Source: Amoebidium appalachense | Lineage: Eukaryota > Protista > Ichthyosporea | DNA length: 64,000 bases | Direction of reading: 5' to 3' | Assembly: GCA_963693365.1 (NCBI GenBank) | Contig: CAVNZM010000006.1 | Coordinates: 10,481,355 to 10,545,354 of the forward strand | Shown: positions 1 through 13,916 of the stretch, piece after piece | Numbering within the stretch: position 1 is the stretch's first letter | How the letters are laid out: every line of letters begins with the position of its first letter | Translations under genes and position numbers: made by a program | The notes under the pieces: model-generated | The model's database searches: none | Told to the model about the DNA's origin: nothing | Seen by the model: only the letters and a program-made list of their open reading frames with translations

Positions 1-136
1 CATGGATAGGGCACAAGGTATGAACGAGCAGTGGGGATATTGGGTAAACGGCGCAGGAGGGCAGATGTGCTTGGGGAGAGTGGGGGGGGGGGAGACGGGG
101 GGAGGGGGGGGGGGGGGGGGGGATTGTGGTGCATAC

Positions 137-1863
137 CCGCTGTCACCCTGGCAGGCATCCTTTGGTGGGGACAGGCCCCCAGCACACAGGGCTTGGGTGG
201 GGTTGTGCCTGTAGTAGCTGGCCTGGCAGATCGAGTCGGCCACAATCGTCAGCTCGACCGTCTGCAGCTGGTCCGGCAGCACTATCGGGCTCCTGTTTTC
301 CTGCCCGGGCAGGACGGCCTGCATGGACCCCCACCCGTACACTATCCCCGTCTCCCCGGGCTGGGCAGACTCAAGTGACGTGCTGAGTTTCACGGGTTGC
401 AGGTTGGCTGCAAGCGAAAGGGAGACGTGTAAGAAAAAAGAGGGGGCGAAAGAAGGGAAAAGGGGTGAGACGGATGCGTGTGTTTGGAGGCCCGGGGGGA
501 GGGGGGGGAAGGGGGGCAAGGAGAGGGGGGGGGACGGGAGGAGAAAGGAAGAAGAGGCGGGGAAAAGAAAAGAACTTCGAAACGGTGAAAAGGGGAGACG
601 GGGAGGGGGGGGGGGGGGGGGGGGGGATGGGGGGTGGGATGGAGACCGGGAAAAAAAAACGAAAAAACTGTTAAGACGGGAATACTATAGGAAACTAAGA
701 AAAAGAGATCGAACGAAGGCGAACCTCCGAACTCCGGCCATGAAGTCGAGATGCGGGGCGTGCTGGATGAGAAGAAAGCGAGATACTATATGGTATTTGA
801 TTACAGCGTGTGGTTTTTAAATGGCAGGTAAATGTGTGTCAAGCCCAGTGTCATACTTATAAATGCCTGTTGGGGCGCTTCTGTGCATGGTATACACATT
901 TGTGTATGTGTGTTTGTAAATGTAAGTGTGTCTGTGCGCGGGGCTTGCGTGCACGGTGCACGTGAAAGCATGTGCGAATGCCCGTCGCAATTATTTCGTG
1001 TCCAAGTGTGGAAAAAACATGTTCGAGCGGTAAGTTAATGTCTCACACGTGCACTTTTGTTTAGGGAAAGCGCAAATTTGTGTGGTGTGTTCGACGTTTT
1101 TTGAATCTGTGATTCTGTGTACTAGATTCAAACCTCTTGGATGTGATACAAGTCCACTACACAAGCATGCATCGTGTATGATGCAAGAGGTTAGCAAGCC
1201 TTATCAAGAGCTTCCCCTAGTGCCGTTTGAGGTAGGGATTGCGGTTTCTTTGCGCACAATTGTCAAGTATTGTTTTACCTCCCCCCCCCTCCCCCTCCCT
1301 TCTTTTTGAACAACAAAATCCTGCAGGCTCGTGCGTGTCCGGAAAAAAAGGGGGGCAGGAGGCGACACACGAAAACGAGACAGGACACATAGTTCACACA
1401 TTCAACACTCACATATGGGGGATGCTAGCCTGAGCAGTGCCAAATCATTATTGACCTGACCGACCGTATGCTCCGGGTGGACGATAATAGCAGCCACCTG
1501 CCGCTGTGTAAACGACCCGCTATCGGACATGAACAGGCCCCCGACATAGACTCTCAAATCCTTCGCCTGAAGGCTCGTGTCATCCACACAATGTGCCGCA
1601 GTCAAAACATAGTTTTGGTCTATGAGTGATGCACCACAAAAGTGCCTATATCCGGTGCTGGTGTATCTTCTAAGTGACACCATCCACGGAATGGCGGTTG
1701 TAACTGTATTGCCCCCGACAATACGTGGTTCGGGCACAAATGCCGCGGATTCTACCGGCGCATCCGTTGTTGTGTGTGTTGGTTGCTGTGTTGATGTTTG
1801 TGCACTGTGTGCAACACCGCACAGACCAGCCAGTGCACCAACTAGGAGAGTCCCTGCAACCAT
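137..1863 (-). CDS. Trypsin-like serine protease (peptidase S1A), secreted; 3' exon(s) lie beyond the left edge
   Basis: Exon 1 (1863-1413): signal peptide [20 protein letters not shown], activation site PEPR|[19 protein letters not shown] (catalytic His), NDLALLRL (catalytic Asp), donor GTGAGT. Exon 2 (407-137): YGWG...[18 protein letters not shown] (catalytic Ser, Asp189-type S1 pocket), donor GTATGC. Splice phases join correctly. Confidence 0.93.
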
Positions 1864-3357
1864 CCTTTCGTCCTCACAAGAAAAGAATCCGTGCGTAACG
1901 AATCTAAAGGGCAAGGGGGGTCATGGATATGGCGTCTTCACGAGTTGCACCAGTTGAATTGTGCTCAAATAAATGGCCAAATTTCCTTCGCTGCTTGCAC
2001 GCAGCCTGCCAACCAGTGTGCTATCGTCGTGATTGTGTTTGCATGAGCGTATACGTGCTTGGTTGTGCCCTAATCCGTATAATTCAAGGGAGGAGAGGAA
2101 GGCTTTTCCGACTGCATGTGCTAATTCCCTAACTTCCTACACATCACATCAGTTTGCAATTTCCTTGCGGTTCCTTAATATCGCTATCTTATTGTGCCAT
2201 GATGTGGAAACCGTATTTTAGTGTGGGTGGCCCTATGGAATTTCAATGGCACTCACGACGTTACTTGACAACTAGCTAGTATGTTAGCTACAACTGTACC
2301 TAGCCTATAAGGTACAACCTATCAAAGAGGGTCGCCTCTTGAACGTAGCTCTTTGCTGAGCACAACGTAAGGTTCTATTCTTGAGCGGTGGGTTGTGGGA
2401 AGCTTTTATGTGAGACACGTTGCTGACGCAAACAAGTAGTGGGGTGCTATTGACCACTCGCCGTTACCGCCATCCAACTGACCCAATCAGATTGTGCATC
2501 AAAGAGCGAAGCAAAATGTCGTAAGGAGGCTCGCGGATTTGCCATACTCCATTCACATGCAAGCAGAGTTATTTCTCGCCCAAGGCTACTGTATATAGTA
2601 GATGCTTACAATTACAAAAACTCTACTAATTTTATTTCATACATCATTGGTCTTCAGATGTTTTTGTTGGAAAATTATGTGATTCCTATTCCAATCTGAA
2701 CGCTGCATTCCACAATGTTCGGGGTTGTTTACCCATCTCTCAGATCTATAATTTCATTGGTCTTCGTCCGCAGTATCTCGTCTCCTATGATCCTATCTCT
2801 TGAAGCAAACGAAGTAAAAGATCTGCTATGATACATCAGATGCGCAACTTGGCAGGAGCCTGGCTGGTTTCCAGGAGACACACATGAGTGTGTGTACACG
2901 CGGCACCCACAAAAAGCAGTTCAATGCATCTTAAGTTTATACGAAGGGCAAAAACTGCAGTTTTTTAGATGCAAGAGAGTACGGGATTTCTAACTGTTTT
3001 ATAGTGACAGAGCAGCGTAGGGACACCAGTCAGCACCCCAAGACATCGGCGTGCTAAAAATAGTTGGCTGGCGTTTTTCCCCACGCCTCCCCCTTAGATC
3101 TTCCTCAGCGACCAATCAATATACGGCTTCTTACTCGGGTTGCGTCCGGCGCATGGCAACACTTGTTTTGCTGCCGGCCGGTGCCTGCACGTGTCACGGT
3201 ACCGGTGTGAGACCGGTGTGCAAGTGTGTGTGTGTGTACATGCGTGTGTGTGTGAGTATGTGTGCGTGTGTGTATTTTTTTTACTTTTTATTTTATTTTT
3301 ATTTATTAATTCTTAATTTTTTGTTTGTTTTTTATTTTATTTTACTTATTTTTTTTT

Positions 3358-4654
<1,297 letters not shown>

Positions 4655-4775
4655 CTACTAACTAATTATGAGAGCTCCGTAGTAGATTATCTAGAGAGAG
4701 ATACGAGAGAGTTTCACCGGCATGATTCGTACATAGTATACATCATTTTTCGATTTTTTTTTTCGGGGGGGGGGG

Positions 4776-4809
<34 letters not shown>

Positions 4810-4815
4810 GGCTAA

Positions 4816-4912
4816 GAATGCAGAACAGTACACAAAGAGAAACACCGTGCATGACACAGGCATTGTCAGGCAGAAGCAAACACTCAAATATGCAACATTA
4901 GCGCAACGCGCA
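4816..4912 (+). repeat. Short dispersed repeat, copy 1 of 3
   Basis: Shares AATGCAGAACA...GAGAAACAC.GTGCA.GACA...GCAAACA.TCAA..ATGC.ACAT.AGC with 5288-5392 and 7172-7260. Confidence 0.7.
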
Positions 4913-5287
4913 TATAGGTATGCAAGATAAGCAGAGTCTGTCGCCAGGCACAAGTCATCAACTCTGTCATCAACTGCATTAGATCTGAGTTTCTACCCCT
5001 TAGCCTCCTCTCAGACTGAGTACGAAGCCCAACTCGGATAGCAGCATGGGAAGGCCAGTCACCCGTCCTGACCAGAGAAGAGCAGGTTTGCGAGCAAAAC
5101 AGTGAATGTGGGCAAACTATTATGCAGCATGTGGCGAAAAATGCATACCAAACCGATGCACGTCTGAGAGCAACCATGCCCGGCTGCATGGGAATACAAC
5201 TCATCCCATGCTCCACACTAATATTAGTTAGTGGTCTGTCCTGAAAGGAAACCTCTGAAAAGTAGGCGGCCCGCGGCGGGGGTTTCA

Positions 5288-5392
5288 AATGCAGAACATG
5301 GTACGAAGTACAAGTACACGACGAGAAACACGGTGCAGGACAGGCAAAGGCAAACATTCAAGCATGCTACATCAGCAACGCACGCAGTATGC
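5288..5392 (+). repeat. Short dispersed repeat, copy 2 of 3
   Basis: AATGCAGAACA...CACGACGAGAAACACGGTGCAGGACAGGCAAAGGCAAACATTCAAGCATGCTACATCAGCAACGCACGCAGTATGC. Confidence 0.75.
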
Positions 5393-6063
5393 AAAACATG
5401 CAAAGCCCATCCTCAGGCCTAGGGGAGGGCCCCCGAGGGGGAGGGAGGAGGGGAGGGGGGGACCAAAGCTACTGGACATCATCAGGCAAGAACAGACTAC
5501 ATGTACATAGGAAATAAAGAGAGAGAGAGAGAGAGGTGCACCAGCTCTAATTTTTAAATAATCACATTGTGGTCTAGCCCTCCAGCCACAGTGCAGAAGA
5601 CACCACGTGCACGTGACGTATGTATATGGGCTATGGCCACAGGGCATGCCCCTGATTCAAGCGGAGCTAATATGGTACATTTGGATAGTGCTTATTGCAC
5701 AGCAGGCTGATATATACCATGCCTGATCCAACTACTGCTAGCACAAAGCTAGAACGTACTGATGCATATCCCAAATAGAATTTCACATTGGGTATCTCGT
5801 AGCTTCTTTCTTGCTCCCTTCCTGCATTCCACGAGACAGATTATACCCTCTCCGTCAAGCGTTCATGTTTATGTACCTTGAAAAACTAGAGATGGTCGTT
5901 CAAAATGGTGGAACCCACCAAAAAAAACCTATTCAAAAACACAATAAAATGCATCTCGAAATCACAGACTCGATTCAGAAAATCAAAGCCCGCACAGAGC
6001 AGCAAGGTTTTAATGCCCTGTCTGGTTCCCTATTGGCCCACGGTGACCATAAATAACAGCCAA

Positions 6064-6630
6064 TTACTTAAACTCGCCGTTGATGGCGCGGCCAATCAGC
6101 AGCCGTCTGACCTCGCTGGTGCCGGCACCAATCTCATACAGTTTGGCATCGCGCAGAATGCGGCCAGTCGGGTAGTCGTTGATGTAACCGTTGCCGCCTG
6201 ATTTGGATCCAATTAGCACACGGCACGTAGTTTGGTGTTCACGTGGAAAAAACAGAAGATTGGATCACCAAAACTGGTGCCATGACATAAGCAACATGAG
6301 ATTAGGGTGGGTGTGTGTGGGTGCAACAGAATGTGGATTGGACAGGAAGGAGGGTATGGGGGACACGAAAAGGAAAAACTAATCAATCCAATTGCACGGA
6401 CTGGGGATTGGAAATTATCACGTTGGTGCTACTATAATTGCCAATGTACATTTCAGCCCAGCTTGAACAGCTGTGCTGTTAGTCCTGGAAGTTCAATGGT
6501 GGACGCACAGTATCATGGAAGCATGGAAAATGTTTGCATGTGTGTATGTATTGGTGGTGGTTGTGGTGGTTGTGGTGGTTTGGGGGGAGGGGGGGGGGGG
6601 GGAGTGGTAGCGGCAGTGTGGATGGGTGGT

Positions 6631-6667
<37 letters not shown>

Positions 6668-6691
6668 GTGTGTGTGAACGGACACGCCTGT

Positions 6692-6732
<41 letters not shown>

Positions 6733-7065
6733 GAGACAGACCAAGGACCTGGATGGCCTGCAGAGCCATTTGTGTTGCAGACTCGGCCGAGTAGAGAATC
6801 ACACCGGCACAGTCCTGAAAGGGAAACACCGTGAGTGTGTGGCTGCAGGGTGGTGTTCTTTTGAAAGGGTAGGACGGAACAGGATACACTTGTCCATGCA
6901 TGTGTGTCTTCCTATACCCTTTTTTGGGTGGTGGTTCTGGGGGGGGGGGGGGGGGGGGCATATTACAAAGGAAGCATAAAGATTGACGATAGAAAAAGCA
7001 ATGAAGATGCGGAAATATGTGTTAACAGGACCCATACACCATATAAATCAAGCCCTGTTTCAGAG

Positions 7066-7134
<69 letters not shown>

Positions 7135-7789
7135 CTCTTGCAGCTTGGAGGGGGGGGGGGGGGGGGGGGGGGAATGCGGAACACGATGAGAAGCATGGTA
7201 CAGGACACATGCAAAGGCAAACATTCCAAGTATGCAACATCAGCCATGCGCACAGTATGCGTCATAACAGGGGGGAGGGGAGGGGGGGGGGGGGGAGGGG
7301 GAGGGGGGGGGGGGGGAGGGGAGGGATTTTGTACCTTGCTGCTGACGTGGCCCGCATCACATGCCTTGGCCACGTTGTAGACGTATGCCTTATTGGCATT
7401 CAGGGTCACGTACATGTCCGCCAGCTTGCCCTGCATCAGCTGCACCCCACAATGTCAGTAACCACATCTCAGTCCCATCCAAGCCCTAAATCCCTTCCCC
7501 ATACCCGGGACGAGGTCCGTGTTTCAAACGCAGAGAATATTTTAACCACCAAAAAAACAGTTTGGTACCCGACTCTAAACACACATCACATGCATTCCCA
7601 AAGCCGTGCAGGCGCATACATACAGAATGATCTGTGAGTCTACAAAGGCAAATATGCAAGCATGTGTGCATATGACTGGTCATTAGCTGTGCACTTGAGC
7701 ATATCTTGCTGTGCATTTTCACTTCTCCCAGTTGGAAACGGTGGGGCGCCGGTGGCAGTGCCACTGCTGGTAAGAGAGACTGCGACTGC

Positions 7790-7877
<88 letters not shown>

Positions 7878-8393
7878 AAAGGAGGTGCGGAGAGAGAGCC
7901 GAGGGGTGGGAGGGGGGTGCGTGTGTGTCTTCGTGTCTTTTGCTTTTTTTTCTGGGGGGGGGGGGGGGGGGGGGGGGGGCTAACCTGGAACTCGCCAATA
8001 CGCTTGCCAAACTGCTCACGGGTGTGGGCATAGGGGAAGGCAATGTCGCAGGCAGCCTGCATCAGACTGTATGACGGAGTGTTAGTGTGTGTGTGTTTGG
8101 GGGGGGGGGGGGAGGGGGGGAGAAGAACATGTGGGTACGGCACTAATGTGTTTCGGCCACTCATTTAAATGCATACCATGAAGGCTGCTGGCAGCCTAGT
8201 GAGATCTAGTTGTGCTCGGCGCCAAAAAAATGGCATACAAAAATTTCTTTTGACGGGCTCAGTGTTTTTTATCATGGCTCAGTGTTTTTTATCATGAATC
8301 TTTTTAGGACCTATTGTGATACGGCAGCAAAAACCATTCTGAACTAAAATGTGGAAGTGCATGTAACTGTGCGTGTGTGTGCGTGTGTGTGTG

Positions 8394-8451
<58 letters not shown>

Positions 8452-9818
8452 CGTGTTTTTGTATGCAAGGCTGGATGTGTACGTACTGATTGGGGAAAGA
8501 GGGGGGGGGGGGGGGGGAGAGCATTACCCGAGGGGCCCACCAGCCAGGACCAGTCTCTCGAGGTCCAGGCCGCTCATCAGCACATAGACACCCTTATTGA
8601 TTTGCCCAAGTACGTTCTCCTCGGGCACCTCGCAGTCCTCGAAAATCAGCTCACACGTGTTGGACCCCCGCATGCCCAGCTTGTCGAGCTTCTGGGCAGT
8701 GCTGAACCCCTTGAAACCCTGCACATTGAAAAAAAAACCCCCCAAAATAAAATCAGATATGGGAGAATAAAGGTATGTGAAGAGGATGTTGCAGGGTCAT
8801 TGGGTGCATTCTTACGGCAAGAGCACCTCATCAATAACACTATCAGGTGTGGACTGCCCCTTGTTACTGCCAACATAACTCCTCCCCTTACCCACCCGCA
8901 TTCACCATCACCCCGTTCATGCCCGTGAGCAGTCAAAAACACGCACACTACATACCACCTGGTCACTTGGTGCCCACATTAGGCAGAGTGCAGGCACACA
9001 CGGAACAAAGAGAGCACACACCGACAGAGTGAGCAAAGAGACAATGTGCACACAAAGGGAAACATGGGGTGGTGGCTGGGGAGGAAAAGAGGTTCGAGAA
9101 AGAGGGGGGGCACGGGGAGAAGGGACAAGGGAGAGGGGGGAGGGGGGGGGGGGGTCACCTTCTCGACGAGGAATGCGGTGATACCGCGCTGGTGTGCCTT
9201 CATGTCGGTCTTTGCATAGACCACAAGGGTGTCGGCATCGGGCCCGTTGGTGATCCAGAACTTGTTGCCGTTGAGCACATAGCGGTCCCCTGTGACACAC
9301 CACACAGTCAGTATGCAGAATGGGGCACACCGACTGAAACATATACATTCTCGTTCTTGAGAGGCAAACCTCCGCTCCATCTCCACGCCTCCACTCCCTC
9401 CCCCCCCCCCCCTCTCCCCTCCCCCCCCCTCTCCCCTCCCCCCCCCCCCCCCCCCCCCCCCCCCCCGCCCACCCCACCCCTCCTCCTCCGGCCACCCTTC
9501 GGCACGCATGTTCTCCAACACCCATGTGGTGCACATACACCCCTATCCCATCACCTCTCAACTACCATTGCTGTCCCACCTTCCACCCGGTATCTTCCCA
9601 TCCTACTTCTTTGACATTTCCACGCACACTGAATGGGTCGTAGGAGGCTTCATGCACCTTGCCATCCAACATCTTGCACGTCAAACGCACCACATGCATG
9701 CACCATGACCCGTGTGTGTTCACACACCAAGCAGGAGATATCATCTCTCATTGCCGAGAAAGCCCGTGCTTTCATGCAGATATCTAAATGGAGAGGGGGA
9801 AAGGAAAGCTGTGCCCCA

Positions 9819-9862
<44 letters not shown>

Positions 9863-10847
9863 GGGGGGTATGCTTACCCTTCTTCTCAGCACGCAGCTTC
9901 ATGGACACGACGTCGGACCCTGAGCCAGGCTCACTCATGGCCAGGGCACCCACGTGCTCACCAGAGATCAGCTGCAGCACATGCGTCAGCGCAGGAACAA
10001 TATCTGAATCTAACCCACACACCAGTCTCTTTACGGCCCCACAATCACAAACACAAAGCAAGAGCTAACCACACACACTTGCATACTCGCTCCTTCCTTC
10101 ACACACACACCATACCCACACGTACATTTGCTCACACTATCACATGTACACACACCACACATCCCTGCCACACCCAAGACTACAACAACGTGCCTCACGA
10201 GCCTTTGCCACCGATGATAATAACGGCAATAGGCCTGATAGATTCAAGAACTAATTTCGAAAAGAAAAAAAAAGGAGAAATAATGGTGGTATAATCGTGT
10301 GCATGTGTTGGAAGAGCAGATGGGATATTGTGTGTGGAACCGAGCAACTTGTCGAAGCACATGTGTGGGGACGACAGAGGGTGTGTTTGTGTATGGGTGG
10401 GTGGGTGGGGGGGGGGGGGGGGGGGGGGGGGGGGGAGATGGGGGGGGGAGGTGGGGGGGGGGGGGGGGGGGGGGGGGGAGGGGGGGGGGAGATAGGGGAA
10501 GGAGGCAGGCGGGCGGGGGGGGGGGGGGGGGGGGGGGGGGGGGAGAGGGGGGAGAGGGGGTATTTCCAAGCACACTATATAGCACTTGGGTATGTGAGCT
10601 GGGGGATTCAAGGCCCCACCTTAGGCAGGTACTTTTTTTTCTGGGCCTCGTTGCCGTTGCGCACAATCTGGTTGACACACAGGTTGGAGTGCGCACCGTA
10701 GCTCAGCGCAATCGCACCAGACACACGGCTGAGCTCCTGCAGACAGACGGAATATGTTAGTCACATGATCCCAGGGGGAGGAGGGGAGGGGAGGGGAGAA
10801 AGGGGATGGGGATGGGGGTGGTTCGAAAAAGCAAAAACTGGAGCAGT

Positions 10848-10881
<34 letters not shown>

Positions 10882-11494
10882 GTGTGTGCATGTGCATGTG
10901 CATGCAGAGAGGCGGGATGGACGTGTGTACGAAAGCAAGTGTGAGTAAGTGGGTAGGTGGGTGGGCGAGTAGTGTGTATATCTGTGTGGTGTGCATGGGT
11001 GGAGGTGGTGGGGTAGGGCCGGGGGGGGGGGAGGGGGGAGACGAAATTGAGGGGACAAACAAAAAAGGTTGGAGAATGAAAGAGCAGGGGGCAGGGGCCA
11101 TTGGGCGTGGGGGGAGGGGGGGGGGGGGGAGGGGGGGGGGGAGGGGGGACAGGTGACCGGTGGAGCTGGGAAGGGGGGCATACCACCACCACCCTCCCTC
11201 CCCCGTGCGTCCACGATTGCACTCTTATGTCTCCTCAGCCAAAGATCACCACACCCCTCACCACTGTTCCATATTGCAACCTCTCAATCCCTATCCCTTT
11301 GAATTGTGGCTTCCTTCTCATCCCCACTCACCCTGACTACAAACACTCCTATCCACCCCATAGCGCTCTAGCAGCCTATGCAACCCCTCCCGCTCCCGCC
11401 CCCTCCCCTCCCCCCACCCCCCCCCCCCTCCACTCCCCAAACCCACCCACCCATCCCTTCCCCCTATCTCCAGAGTCACCATCATCCGCCCGTG

Positions 11495-11529
<35 letters not shown>

Positions 11530-11965
11530 CCATGGCAATCACGTGGTCCAGGTAGCCCATGTCACTGCCGCCATACTCCTCTGCAACCACGTGTCAAAAT
11601 CAACCCTCCCACACCCCTTAATCTGCTAAAGAATATTTCTTTTACATAAGGTGCAATCAGTATGACTGAGCTACATGCCCCCAGACGACATGCCTCTCCC
11701 CTCCCTCCCCCCCAAACAGACACACACACACCCAAAAAACACTTCAAACCACAAGAACACATGCTCTGTATTACTTCTCCAAAGTCGCCCAACCACCTAC
11801 CCCCACCCCAACCCCCACCTAAAAGCTGTGAGCCAACCAGCACCCATCCACCAACTAAAAAGAAATGAAGGGAGTTTCTTGTCACCTATAAACTAACTCA
11901 TCTAAATGTACTGGCAGGCAAGGTGTTTGGGCCCGGTTGGCTGTGTCCCAGGGGTGGCAACCGGT

Positions 11966-11997
<32 letters not shown>

Positions 11998-12130
11998 CTA
12001 ACCCGGGGCAGTGATGCCGAGCAGACCGAGCTCTCCAAGCTTCTTCCAGAAGTCCTGCAAAAGAGAGTTGGCAAACGGCCACACAATGCCTACCCCCCCC
12101 CCCAAAAAAAAAACAAACAAAAAAAAACAA

Positions 12131-12168
<38 letters not shown>

Positions 12169-12379
12169 CCGAAAACGGCCCACTACCAACCCCTCCCTCC
12201 CCACTCCCCTCTCTGACCACCGTCTTTGCGTGTCTTTTCCTTTCAATTGCCTACATGCCTTTCCCGGTCCGAACCTCACAGACATCCATCCGGTTTTCTT
12301 ATACGTTTTCCCTTTGGAAGGGGCTTGCTGGAAGAGGCACAAGGGGGTGAAGAGCGGTGGGTGGGTGGGTTGGGGGGCT

Positions 12380-12417
<38 letters not shown>

Positions 12418-13467
12418 CTGTGGTATTGTGTACACACCCTCATCTGGGGGAAGTTGTTTGTGCGGTCGATGTCGCTGGCGTGGGGGGCAAGGTGCTCCTC
12501 GGCAAGCCGGCGCACACTCTCCCGCAGCTGTGGGTGTGCATGTCAGACCCCACATACTTAGACTAATCCTCGCCAGACACTGGCCTGTGTGCCCCGAGCA
12601 AACAAACGTGAACCCCGTGTACACAGCAGAAGCATAACTGTACAATAAAGGCTGAAACTGACCTCAGGTTTTATGGCGGTGATAAGCAACACCACATAAA
12701 CCAATAAGTCTCGCCTCCCTCCCCCCCCCCCCCCCCCCCCCCCGTGTAATCTGCCCTACCCAGGCCCGCCCAACACATAAAACACAAAATGCAACCAACC
12801 GGACGTATGAGTTCACACATACACTGACTGGTACGTACGAAGCATGCCACCCGCAGAGGTGTGCCTACTACCCCCTTATCCCTCCCCCCCCCCCCCCCCC
12901 TCCCCCCAAAACACGCCCCTTGCTTCCCTCCCCCCCCCCCCCACCCCCTTCCTGCTTCTGTCCCATCCCCGCCTTCCCACCCTCCCCTCCCTGTGGACAC
13001 AGTACCTGCTCCTGGTCCTCGCTCAGACCGTGGGCAGCAGCTGAGTATGCCCGTGAGCTGCGCTGGAGCAGCCCAGCCGCCTGAAGGAAACAGAATGAGT
13101 ACCCAGAAAACGACACAATCAAAGATGCTACCGAGGAATGGTCGTACGGGGTGGGGAGGATAGCGAAAGATGAGAAAAATTAACGGCCACAAGGAGTGGG
13201 GTAAGCTGACGAGCTGTAAGAAAAATCCCCCGCAAGAGGAGTAGAAAGTACGTGGGCACGGGAAGCAACTTGGGCTTAATCCCGTGCTTTACAAAGGCAC
13301 TGGTTCCAGAAGAAGGGGTTGCCTCCCAACTACAAGATCACTTCCACCGAGCATAAGCCACTGCAGAAAAAAGCCAAACAGGCACGCATTTCACGGCCAC
13401 CTACGCAGGGAGCTGCGGCCTTAACGGCATTCCTCGTCAGGGAGGCGAAAGTGTTGCTAGCCAACAT
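6064..13467 (-). CDS. IVD: Isovaleryl-CoA dehydrogenase, mitochondrial (13 exons, 419 aa)
   Basis: GT-AG exons: 13467-13405, 13080-13006, 12527-12438, 12054-12003, 11580-11528, 10736-10620, 9971-9878, 9289-9159, 8718-8528, 8066-7985, 7439-7335, 6814-6742, 6197-6064. They total 1260 nt and stay in frame. Motifs [100 protein letters not shown]-terminus resembles a mitochondrial transit peptide. Confidence 0.97.
7172..7260 (+). repeat. Short dispersed repeat, copy 3 of 3, inside IVD intron 11 and flanked by poly-G on both sides
   Basis: GAATGCGGAACACGATGAGAAGCATGGTACAGGACACATGCAAAGGCAAACATTCCAAGTATGCAACATCAGCCATGCGCACAGTATGC aligns with 5288-5392. Confidence 0.75.
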
Positions 13468-13916
13468 CTTTGTCTCTTTGCTGTGAGAAGCGACGGGGGA
13501 GAATGTGTTCTGCGGGCGGGTTTGAGAACGGCGCCGTTTTTCTTGTGTGCGGCATTTGGCCATGGCCGGTCGCAAGTGTGTACGTTTAGGGGAGCCAATC
13601 AGATCGCAGTCAGTGTCATTGCGTGGTTCCTATTGGTCGATAGGTACAACCACGCGCACGGGTACTGGCTCAGCGTCGTCAGCGAGCACTGGCTGTGTGG
13701 GAACTTCCAAAAAAAAAAAAGTGGAACACGAAAACGGGAAAAAAAGGCTTACGAAAACGAAATATCTATCATACAAGTTGAGAACCGTGGTTGTCTATCT
13801 GCTAGAAAGTTCCAGAAGGCACACGTGTAGAGTGGTGAATCTCTAATTTCTCTATTAGCACCTACTGAAGTGCAGGGGCTTTTTTATATGTGTTCAACGG
13901 GGCTTTAGTGGTAGCC
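13468..13916. promoter_or_regulatory. Probable bidirectional promoter between IVD and the EEP gene
   Basis: Start codons diverge about 450 bp apart. Oppositely oriented CCAAT boxes AGCCAATCAG (13593-13602) and ATTGG (13632-13636). The region lacks poly-G/C runs and microsatellites. Confidence 0.6.
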
